A stretch of DNA of 64,000 nucleotides, taken from sequence record LC788711.1; one strand, given 5' to 3'. Shown here piece by piece: positions 1-7,794 of this stretch (the stretch's first letter is position 1; each line of letters begins with the position of its first letter). This stretch comes from Escherichia coli phage NG_S8. A program made the translations under genes and the position numbers. The notes under the pieces are model-generated. The model did not search any database, was not told where the DNA came from, and worked only from the letters and a program-made list of their open reading frames with translations.

Positions 1-216
1 TTCATACTTGAGCGTTGATCTTTGAAGTTGTGTTGGTACTACCAACGACCTTTTGTTTTTACGTGTCAGATTAAATGTCTGATGTAATAAACATAATCTC
101 CAATAGATTATACTTTATAGTATGGTCAGCGGTCTTATTTAACCTCGTATTTCAACCGCTGCTGCGAGGTAAGATGCTTGGGCTTTCGTCTACCGATTTA
201 CTAGTCTTTTAAATTA

Positions 217-855
217 TTACTCTACTTCGATAAAAGTAGAGGCGTTGGACTCAGACAGAACAAAGTCAACGTTGGTTGCAAAGTCCTGGTACTCTTCGTC
301 GTGTTGCTTGATCAGCTTTTCCAGCTCCAGCGGATCGATCAGGAACGGAGTGTTCTTGAGTTCCAGCAGGTTAAGCTGCATCTTAACTTCATCCTCGGAA
401 GTCTTCTTGTCACGGGTAGCCATGGTATCCTGCAAACGCTCATACTTGGCATCAAACTGAGCCTTTTGAGTGTTAAACTTAACAGTAGCAGCATGGAACT
501 GCTTACGCATGTTAGCCAGCAACTGAGCTTTGAGTTCCATAGAACGCTTAGCTTCGATTGCTTCCGCAACAGTCATAGAGCGGGAACCGATCTCTACAAC
601 AGTTTCAGCATTGCTCTTGATCAGCGCTGCTTTCAGATGATCACGCTGGGTCATCATATCCAGCAGAGACTGGAAATCAGTTTTAATACGAGTAGACAGA
701 GCATCTACTTCGATTGCAGCACCAACGACAACTTGATTCTTGTCTTTACCTTCACCAACAGCAATCAAAAGCTGTTGTTCAGTAGCTTTACGGATTTTAG
801 CTTCCAGAGACTTGATAGTTGCCAGAGCACGAGTTTTAGAGATACGAGTAGTCAT
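217..855 (-). CDS. hypothetical protein, predicted coiled-coil, Lys/Glu-rich
   Basis: 212 aa ORF in the track; compact spacing with neighbouring minus-strand genes; no recognisable catalytic motif. Confidence 0.55.
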   Translation of the reverse strand: MTTRISKTRALATIKSLEAKIRKATEQQLLIAVGEGKDKNQVVVGAAIEVDALSTRIKTDFQSLLDMMTQRDHLKAALIKSNAETVVEIGSRSMTVAEAIEAKRSMELKAQLLANMRKQFHAATVKFNTQKAQFDAKYERLQDTMATRDKKTSEDEVKMQLNLLELKNTPFLIDPLELEKLIKQHDEEYQDFATNVDFVLSESNASTFIEVE

Positions 856-909
856 TATTTGCTTCCTTATATGAAGTTTGAGATTTGAATTTGTTTTAAA
901 AACGGTCTA

Positions 910-1092
910 TTACAGACCGATTGCGAGCAGAGTGCGCAGAACAGTATCAGAACTGTTATCAATATTCGGATTGGCGCGATTCAGTACGTTAAAGATTTTC
1001 TGGATGCCGGACTGACGTTCAGCCATACGACGCAGACCCAGGTTACGTTTTGCTACTTTACCATTTTTACGGACGTTTTTAGATACTGGCAT
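910..1092 (-). CDS. small basic hypothetical protein
   Basis: 60 aa ORF, Lys/Arg-rich; followed on the minus strand by hairpin 903-919 plus T-run. Confidence 0.4.
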   Translation of the reverse strand: MPVSKNVRKNGKVAKRNLGLRRMAERQSGIQKIFNVLNRANPNIDNSSDTVLRTLLAIGL

Positions 1093-1162
1093 AATTGTTT
1101 TCCTTTTGTTGTTCTCTCAAATTTATGAATATATTATACAGAATTTTGGAGCTGAAAGCAAA

Positions 1163-1864
1163 TCAAATTTTGATTTTTTCGATCATGATGGCTACACAAT
1201 AACTTTCAACTAAAGCATCGAATGCGGGATCATGTTTCACTGGATAGATTCCATAACGAATGGTATCCATCTTTTCCATTTTAGCTTTTGCCCAGCTAGC
1301 ACCTTCGGCTTCTAGATCTTTATAACTATAACCAGCTTGCATCCACTGATTACGGAAAGATCGAACGTTACCTAAGTTCCAGAATTTCCATGGAACTATT
1401 TCTTCATGGGTTCCGGCATGGAATGTATTTGCAGAGTAGATAGTCATATCAAACTCTGGGCCATTGCCGTAGTACAGAGCATTATCTCCTAGAGACAATT
1501 CCATAATGTTCTGAGCCATAGAGAAGGCAGCATAATTAGAGCCTACGTCATTAGTGCAGTGATGCTTACCATCACGGAAGGCAATCAGTTTAGGATTACG
1601 ACCATTTAGAGCCTCCATAATATGGAGCGCAGATGGACTGTTTTTAGCTTGATCCATCCAGAATGCAATAGTAGAGGCAGTTACCTTAGCACCCGCATTA
1701 AGCTGATCTTGAACGTCTAGAGTAACGAATACCAGATCAGGATCTTTATCAATTCCGTGCATCGCTACAAAAGAGAAAGAAGGCATTGCAATATGAGTAG
1801 TACCGCAATTTCCTGGAGTACCTAGAGATTCAATGTCCAGCATACCAAAGGGCTTGAATTTCAT
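1163..1864 (-). CDS. hypothetical protein, possible DEDD/DnaQ-like exonuclease fold
   Basis: 233 aa; N-terminal LDIESLGT resembles the Exo I D-x-E motif of 3'-5' exonucleases; later H/D/Y-containing segments; no P-loop. Confidence 0.5.
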   Translation of the reverse strand: MKFKPFGMLDIESLGTPGNCGTTHIAMPSFSFVAMHGIDKDPDLVFVTLDVQDQLNAGAKVTASTIAFWMDQAKNSPSALHIMEALNGRNPKLIAFRDGKHHCTNDVGSNYAAFSMAQNIMELSLGDNALYYGNGPEFDMTIYSANTFHAGTHEEIVPWKFWNLGNVRSFRNQWMQAGYSYKDLEAEGASWAKAKMEKMDTIRYGIYPVKHDPAFDALVESYCVAIMIEKIKI

Positions 1865-1894
1865 AATTATGTCCTTTATTGTTGTAGAAAACTA

Positions 1895-2107
1895 TTAAAG
1901 AGCTGTCTCTTTAATAGACTCCCACTGTTTGGGGTCTTTCAGAGGAAGTTCCTCTTCTTCAAACAGGTCTGTTCCATTTTCGTTAACATCCCAGTTTTCT
2001 TCCATGATCTCTTCTAGAAGCTCATGTTTAGAAAGACGAGTGTAGTCTCTAGCAGATTTATGAGTGCTAGCACGGTTAAAATCATTCTTTGCAACGAAGT
2101 TACGCAT
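1895..2107 (-). CDS. small acidic hypothetical protein
   Basis: 70 aa ORF, co-oriented and tightly spaced in the early operon. Confidence 0.45.
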   Translation of the reverse strand: MRNFVAKNDFNRASTHKSARDYTRLSKHELLEEIMEENWDVNENGTDLFEEEELPLKDPKQWESIKETAL

Positions 2108-2115
2108 AGTTTCTC

Positions 2116-2138
2116 CAAATAAGAGGGGCTTTCGCCCC
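2116..2138 (-). terminator. hairpin attenuator, second copy
   Basis: GGGGCTTTCGCCCC at 2125-2138 with T-rich minus-strand flank, then RBS and start of the next gene. Confidence 0.5.
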
Positions 2139-2148
2139 CTGATTTAAA

Positions 2149-2364
2149 TTACTTGCCCAGCAGTTTAAGGATATTTTCCTTAATAGTTTGAGCAGATTTT
2201 TCACTCTTATTGGTTTCAGCCAGTTTCAGAGCGAGTTCTTCTTGCTGTTTCTGAATATCAGCAGCAGTTTTCTGGTCAGCTTCAATACGAGCTTGAAGTT
2301 CATCAGTAATAGTGGTAAAGGAAGCAACGATTTCAGTAACGGAACGTGGTTTCTTAGAGAACAT
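2149..2364 (-). CDS. small hypothetical protein, coiled-coil-like
   Basis: 71 aa ORF flanked by GGGGCTTTCGCCCC hairpins. Confidence 0.45.
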   Translation of the reverse strand: MFSKKPRSVTEIVASFTTITDELQARIEADQKTAADIQKQQEELALKLAETNKSEKSAQTIKENILKLLGK

Positions 2365-2394
2365 AAAAATATCCTTAATTAGTCAGAGAAAGAG

Positions 2395-2417
2395 TTAATA
2401 TATGGGGCTTTCGCCCC
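2395..2417 (-). terminator. hairpin attenuator, one of two near-identical copies
   Basis: GGGGCTTTCGCCCC (plus strand 2404-2417); the same 14-mer recurs at 2125-2138. Confidence 0.5.
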
Positions 2418-2425
2418 ATCAATCA

Positions 2426-2941
2426 TTACTTCGCTTTACGCTTACGAGCAGGTTTAGCGGATTTACGATCAGAAGCACCAGTAAACTTAATACCGATACC
2501 ATAGCACAGAGCGCGAACGTTGTCACGGCTGTACTCTACACCGAAGATATTCGGTTTAACGGAGCCAAACTGTCCACGCGATTCACGCATTACGTCAGCC
2601 ATTGGCTTACGCTTCTGATTGACTGCTTTTTCGTAGTCTTTCAGAGCCATACCGTTGCGGGCGAACATCTCAGCACCGCCGTTAAAGCTCAGAGTTACCG
2701 GTACAGACTTATGACCTTCACCCTTGATGAACACAACCTGCTTAGCAGTTGCGCGAGTAGAGTTCTTGGCCTTCGGCTTCTGGCGAACCGGAGCCGGAGA
2801 CTTCAGGGCAGTCTGAGCCTGAGCATCAGTAGGATGCTTACGCAGATGACGTTCCAGACGAGCCTTACGATTGGCTTCGGTCTGAGTGAAAGTTTTAACT
2901 GCCGGAGCTGCCTGAGTTTTTGCGTTTTTCTGCTTAGCCAT
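2426..2941 (-). CDS. basic hypothetical protein, possibly nucleic-acid binding
   Basis: 171 aa, very Lys/Arg/Ala-rich at both termini. Confidence 0.5.
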   Translation of the reverse strand: MAKQKNAKTQAAPAVKTFTQTEANRKARLERHLRKHPTDAQAQTALKSPAPVRQKPKAKNSTRATAKQVVFIKGEGHKSVPVTLSFNGGAEMFARNGMALKDYEKAVNQKRKPMADVMRESRGQFGSVKPNIFGVEYSRDNVRALCYGIGIKFTGASDRKSAKPARKRKAK

Positions 2942-3024
2942 TATTTGTTTTCCTTTTTGTTGATCAATTTATGAGATATATTATACGAAATTTTGAAGCG
3001 TTTAGCAAATGAATTTTTTAAAAA

Positions 3025-3303
3025 TTATCTGCCGATCATCTTAGCTTGTTCCTCACTGGAAACGTACTGATAACCACCCTTGTTATATGCAGGAGCAGTA
3101 CACAGTTTCTTGCGCTCAATTTCTTCTTGAGCTTTGCGTTCCCTTTCGGCTAATTCTTCATCTAGGTAAACTAGACGTTGCTCCGGAGGTGGTGGAAGCC
3201 TAGTTTCTGGCTCACCAATATTTGCCTTTCTGATCTGACGCGGAGATTGTGCGCGTTTTCTCAAAGGTTTAAATCCTAATGAATTTGAGTTGTAAATTCG
3301 CAT
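3025..3303 (-). CDS. hypothetical protein
   Basis: 92 aa ORF with poly-Pro stretch and charged C-terminal half. Confidence 0.45.
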   Translation of the reverse strand: MRIYNSNSLGFKPLRKRAQSPRQIRKANIGEPETRLPPPPEQRLVYLDEELAERERKAQEEIERKKLCTAPAYNKGGYQYVSSEEQAKMIGR

Positions 3304-3379
3304 AAAGCCCTCCTCACTTTCAATACGAATATTATACTAAATTCGAGGGCTTTAAGCAAGTGAATTTTTAAATTATTTA

Positions 3380-3868
3380 TTACATCTCAGCAAGTTCTTG
3401 CTCAGTAATTACAGTATTGCATAGAGCATCAACTTCTTCATTACCACGAATACCTGAGTGACCTTTAACCTTAACAAAGGTTGGATTGGTATCATGGAAG
3501 TTAATATACTGTTGAGTTAGTTTAAATGCTTCTTGCCAGAGTTCTAGATTAAGAGGAGTTTCACCATCTCCCTTCTTCCAGCCTTTCTTCTGCCAAGACC
3601 ACATCCAGCTTTCCATACCATTTTTGCAGTAAGCAGAATCAGTGTAGATAATTACTGGACGATTATCTTTCTTAGTAGACCAACGAAGAACTTCTACAAT
3701 TGCAGTAAGTTCCATTTCGTTATTAGTAGTTTTAGGGCTGAAGCCAGATTTAGAGCCAATACGATCATCATTATCATTATAGACAACGAATCCCCACGCA
3801 CCTAAACCAGGATTGCCTTTACATGCACCATCTGTATATATGTGGAAAACCGACATTATTTGCTCCAA
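3380..3868 (-). CDS. rnh: ribonuclease H (RNase HI family)
   Basis: YTDGACKGNPGLGAWG at the N-terminus, NNEMELTAIVE, IIYTDSAY, KVKGHSG...NEEVDALC: the canonical RNase HI active-site layout. Confidence 0.9.
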   Translation of the reverse strand: MEQIMSVFHIYTDGACKGNPGLGAWGFVVYNDNDDRIGSKSGFSPKTTNNEMELTAIVEVLRWSTKKDNRPVIIYTDSAYCKNGMESWMWSWQKKGWKKGDGETPLNLELWQEAFKLTQQYINFHDTNPTFVKVKGHSGIRGNEEVDALCNTVITEQELAEM

Positions 3869-4125
3869 TCAATTTCAAGCCAAAAACCTTCACGCTGTTC
3901 ATACTTAGCTTCTACAACATAACCTAGTTTGCTAAGTTTTTGCATGACGCTATTTCTAGCGTTTTCTGAGTATTCAGTTAATCCCTGGATGTGACAGTTA
4001 AATTCTTTATCTTTAATAGCTTTGTCAATCTCTACGGCAATAAGTGATTCTAGGTCAATTACTTCCTTTTTAATGCTAGCAATAGTATTTTGTTTTGCTT
4101 CTAAAGCAGATAAAAGAATAGACAT
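3856..4125 (-). CDS. hypothetical protein
   Basis: 89 aa ORF; its stop overlaps the rnh start. Confidence 0.45.
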   Translation of the reverse strand: MSILLSALEAKQNTIASIKKEVIDLESLIAVEIDKAIKDKEFNCHIQGLTEYSENARNSVMQKLSKLGYVVEAKYEQREGFWLEIDWSK

Positions 4126-4127
4126 AT

Positions 4128-4706
4128 TTATTCTCCAATTACTAAAACATCATGTTGGGAAGATACACCACACATATAATCTGCACAATGCGTAAAAGCC
4201 AGATCAATGATTTCAAATATATCATCTACATCTAAATCTGTGGCTCGACAATCCGCAATAGCTAAACCTGTACGAATACTGGAAAGTACATCTTCTCCTC
4301 CACAGCCTACACCGGCATATTCAACTTCTAGAATAGAAGCATTAGATTGGAAAATAAAGATTCTTCCTTTGTAGAGCATAATAAATTGTCCCAGATTAGG
4401 TTCAGCATATTTTTCATTTTTCTTTTCGCCAAAATCTTTCTGGTTAAACATATCACGTAATTTAGGTACTATTTCCGTATATAAATATTTATCATCGGAA
4501 ATATCTGCTAAACGTGGTGGTACAGTAAAGCTATGCTCTAGTAATTGTCCCATGTAGAAGGAACTAGTGTATCCGAAGTACAAATCATCAGAGATTTTGA
4601 ATACTTTCGGATTTTTAACCAGCAGTTTCGTATAGCCATTAGAACCCATACGATCACCAGCTAAGTATACTTTATCTTTATATTTAAATGCTACTATGGC
4701 TGTCAT
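4128..4706 (-). CDS. HslV / proteasome beta-subunit-like N-terminal nucleophile hydrolase
   Basis: Begins MTAIVAF (Thr directly after the initiator Met), AGD motif, Lys about 30 residues in, GVGCGG matching the GSGG region of HslV; 192 aa fits the family size. Confidence 0.55.
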   Translation of the reverse strand: MTAIVAFKYKDKVYLAGDRMGSNGYTKLLVKNPKVFKISDDLYFGYTSSFYMGQLLEHSFTVPPRLADISDDKYLYTEIVPKLRDMFNQKDFGEKKNEKYAEPNLGQFIMLYKGRIFIFQSNASILEVEYAGVGCGGEDVLSSIRTGLAIADCRATDLDVDDIFEIIDLAFTHCADYMCGVSSQHDVLVIGE

Positions 4707-4780
4707 TATTAAATCCTTCTGTCAAATTAGAAGTATATTATATTTGAATTTCACTCAGTAAGCAAATGAAATTTAAATAT

Positions 4781-4800
4781 AATAGCCCCGAAGGGCTATT
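4781..4800 (-). terminator. palindromic hairpin terminator/attenuator
   Basis: AATAGCCC-CGAA-GGGCTATT followed on the minus strand by a T-rich tract. Confidence 0.5.
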
Positions 4801-4804
4801 TGAA

Positions 4805-5158
4805 TTAGATTATAATCAAGATTATTAGGGCGTATGTCAGATAATGCAGTAACTGATCAAATCCTAAAGCTATCCAAAACTTAGCATCGCTTATAGCGTA
4901 TTTACAGCGTTGTGCTTTCCAATAATCTATAATAAAGTGTAGAATTAATTCCATAATAGCTAAAGCTATAGACATTCCTGGTGATGTGAATAGGATTAGA
5001 ATTGCAAATGTTAATCCAGCATGTACTAGCGAATGGGTTAATAATGGAAGTTTCCACCCTATTTTATGCGTCTTTCTTAGCATATATGGTGTTTGGAGTG
5101 GATAATCGGCCATAAAATGTTTTAGAAAGAATATGACAAATAATAGTATAATTAACAT
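4805..5158 (-). CDS. small integral membrane protein
   Basis: 117 aa, three or four hydrophobic helices (LIILLFVIFF, GLTFAILILF, ALIILIII). Confidence 0.55.
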   Translation of the reverse strand: MLIILLFVIFFLKHFMADYPLQTPYMLRKTHKIGWKLPLLTHSLVHAGLTFAILILFTSPGMSIALAIMELILHFIIDYWKAQRCKYAISDAKFWIALGFDQLLHYLTYALIILIII

Positions 5159-5161
5159 ATG

Positions 5162-6016
5162 TTACACCGTAAATGGATATGCAATAGCAGGATGGTGTTC
5201 ATAGCCACGAACAGTAAAATCATCCTTACTTACCCACGTTAATACATCATCCAAAGTTCTAATATTTGGATTGATTTCTAAAGTAGGAGGTGCAAAAGGT
5301 TCACGATCGAATTGCTTGTGCTCCATCAGAACATTATACTGATCTTCATAGATATGAAGATTAATAATCTTTTGACGAGCAATACCTGGCTTAAGACCTG
5401 TAATCTGTGCCATAATAGCTAGAAGTGCATAGCATTGCACCATATTAAATACTTGGCCCAGCAAGAAATCATTAGACCTCTGGAAAGAGTTTAGGTATAG
5501 TGTATCACCTAAAATAGAGAATTGATGGGTATGCATACACGGACGTAGGCATCCTTTACGAAATTCCCCAGGGTTCCAAAAAGTTAAAATTTCTCCACGA
5601 TCGTCAATCCCTCTTTTCAAATTATGATAGACTTTGGCTAACTGATCAAATACCATACCATCAGAATTAGTCCAATGACGTCCTTGAACACCATAGACTC
5701 GTCCCATATCATCCTCGCCTTTACGGAATGGATTACCTAGCCAGGCAATATTTTCATTTGCATTAGCATTCCATGTATTAACACCAATAGCGCGGAATTG
5801 TGCTGCTGAGTCGTACCCACGGAGATATCCGATCATTTCCATTATTGCTTGTTTAGCAAATGCTTTACGAGTAGTTACTAGCGGCAGTTCTCCTGCTCCT
5901 ACGTTAAAGGTAAAGTCTGCATCAATAATGGTTAGGCAACGAACCCCTGTTCTAGGATTCGTTACCCATACACCCTCTTCAAGAATACGTTTTCCAGTTT
6001 CAATATATTGCTTCAT
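5162..6016 (-). CDS. thyA: thymidylate synthase
   Basis: [10 protein letters not shown] with active-site Cys, [13 protein letters not shown], 284 aa. Confidence 0.95.
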   Translation of the reverse strand: MKQYIETGKRILEEGVWVTNPRTGVRCLTIIDADFTFNVGAGELPLVTTRKAFAKQAIMEMIGYLRGYDSAAQFRAIGVNTWNANANENIAWLGNPFRKGEDDMGRVYGVQGRHWTNSDGMVFDQLAKVYHNLKRGIDDRGEILTFWNPGEFRKGCLRPCMHTHQFSILGDTLYLNSFQRSNDFLLGQVFNMVQCYALLAIMAQITGLKPGIARQKIINLHIYEDQYNVLMEHKQFDREPFAPPTLEINPNIRTLDDVLTWVSKDDFTVRGYEHHPAIAYPFTV

Positions 6017-6543
6017 TTAAATATCACCAATTCTTGTAAGAATGAAAGCGTTTTATCTGCATTCTGTCCTGCCACATAGTCCATTCTAGTTGCCATTGAA
6101 TTAGTTAAAGTAATATGATGATGCAGATGTACATCAGCAGATAATGGTGTGGCTGAAGTAATAGTAGAGATATACGCCATATCTAGATGATTTTTGACAT
6201 ACATTTCAAGAAGCAGAGTTGCTCCCCCTAATACTACAGTTACCTCTTCCTTGAGAAAATCAGGCAGACGGTATCCAATGTTGCTTATGCGTGTAGCTGA
6301 TCTTATAGAGTTCGGTAGTGGTCTATTTGCATAAATAAATAGGTCAGAATCTCCTAGTATTCTTTTTTGCAGAGTCTCAGGGAATGCTAACCAAGTTCCT
6401 GCTCCTACAATAATATTGTCAGGTGCCAGAGAATCCAATGTAGCATAGAAGATATCTAGTTCTTCTTTGAAAGAACCCCAGGGGAGCTTACCATTGAGGC
6501 CGAACTCCCCATTCGGCCCAGTTGCATAGATTGCTGCTATCAT
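6013..6543 (-). CDS. frd: dihydrofolate reductase
   Basis: N-terminal [14 protein letters not shown]...KLPW motif, 176 aa, adjacent to thyA. Confidence 0.8.
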   Translation of the reverse strand: MIAAIYATGPNGEFGLNGKLPWGSFKEELDIFYATLDSLAPDNIIVGAGTWLAFPETLQKRILGDSDLFIYANRPLPNSIRSATRISNIGYRLPDFLKEEVTVVLGGATLLLEMYVKNHLDMAYISTITSATPLSADVHLHHHITLTNSMATRMDYVAGQNADKTLSFLQELVIFK

Positions 6544-7688
6544 TAGAACATATCCTCAAATTCGTTGCCAAGATCTTTCAGAGTATCAGCAGAGGTTTCA
6601 GTTACTTGACCTACACGATATGCTGCACCAATCTGAATCTCTTGCGGAGCAGGTTGTAAAGATGTAGTATCCAACCAGTTCATAATCCACGGAATAGGGT
6701 TCTTAGTAATTACAGGTAAGTGGCTTGGCCATTCTACACCAATGTGCATAAATGCGTTACGTCCTACAAAGTAAAGATATTCTTCAAGCAGTTCTGCGTT
6801 CAAACCAATCAGACTACGGCCTTTAAAGATAAAGTGACCCCATTCAATCTCAGTTTTCAGAGTTTTTAGGAGTTGTGCTGGTGCTTTAGCTAATGCTTCA
6901 TCTACCAGATCTTTATCAAACTGCTGAAACATAATCTGGATGATAGCTTTAGACATTTGAGTGTGCAGAGCTTCATCTTTAGCAATTAGTTGCAGGTTCT
7001 TGGCAATACCTTGCAGAATATCGTTCTCTGCTAGAGCAAAGGTACATGCAAAAGATGCGTAGAACTGCATTGCTTCCAGACCGTAGATTGCAAAGTAAGC
7101 ATCTAACAGCTTAGCTTGAGTTTCACGTTTAACTTCAGGGAACTCAGTTTCTGGATAAGTATTATCACCCTGATGATCACGTACTGCAAGGAAATACTGA
7201 CCTAACAGATACAATTCATCAAACAGTTCAACAGAATCTGCGATACGTGCAAATGCTTCTTGGTTTTTAGTTACAGAATCAATAAATTCTGCTGGGTCAG
7301 TCAGAACGTTACGAATAATGTTACTATACGCACGGCTATGTAGATCTTCGAAGTAGCTCCACTGCTTGAGCATACCTTCCAATTCAGGACGGCTTACAAG
7401 TGGCATAATAGCTGCCTCAGGAGCACGACTAATGAAAGAATCTGTTTGAGTTTGCCATGCTAAGTTCAGGAGAGTAATTTCCTGGATATCACGCGGGAGG
7501 TTTGGCCATTGTTTCTTATCAGCTTCCAGACTGATTTCAGTTTCAGTCCAAAATTGAGAACGTTGCAGAAGTGCTAGACGCTCAAGTTCAGGATGTGCTA
7601 CACGAACGTAATCTGCGATACCAAGAGAATCGCCCAGGAAAAGGTCAGCGTTAGTATGATCCCAATTCAGGTTTAGTAAAGTAGTCAT
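6543..7688 (-). CDS. nrdB: ribonucleotide reductase class Ia beta subunit
   Basis: Di-iron ligand motifs (EALHT, FACTFALAE), 381 aa, adjacent to nrdA. Confidence 0.95.
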   Translation of the reverse strand: MTTLLNLNWDHTNADLFLGDSLGIADYVRVAHPELERLALLQRSQFWTETEISLEADKKQWPNLPRDIQEITLLNLAWQTQTDSFISRAPEAAIMPLVSRPELEGMLKQWSYFEDLHSRAYSNIIRNVLTDPAEFIDSVTKNQEAFARIADSVELFDELYLLGQYFLAVRDHQGDNTYPETEFPEVKRETQAKLLDAYFAIYGLEAMQFYASFACTFALAENDILQGIAKNLQLIAKDEALHTQMSKAIIQIMFQQFDKDLVDEALAKAPAQLLKTLKTEIEWGHFIFKGRSLIGLNAELLEEYLYFVGRNAFMHIGVEWPSHLPVITKNPIPWIMNWLDTTSLQPAPQEIQIGAAYRVGQVTETSADTLKDLGNEFEDMF

Positions 7689-7794
7689 TGATTTTCCTCT
7701 TTCTCACTATTTCAGGAATATTATAGCAAATCTGGTAGCGATTAGCAAGTAAAATTTCAAAGAAAAAGGAGACCCGAAGATCTCCTTGTTTTTA

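Noticed and set aside
1-216. Leftmost 216 bp as a coding region or an obvious promoter/terminator
   Set aside because: No ORF in the track, and only weak inverted repeats; cannot be interpreted without the upstream context beyond the window.
301-888. 195 aa plus-strand ORF antisense to the 217-855 gene
   Set aside because: Lies entirely opposite a better minus-strand gene in an all-minus operon; Leu/Ser-rich composition typical of antisense frames; no promoter or RBS.
2402-2974. 190 aa plus-strand ORF antisense to the 2426-2941 gene
   Set aside because: Antisense overlap with a co-oriented operon gene; low-complexity Leu/Ser/Phe composition.
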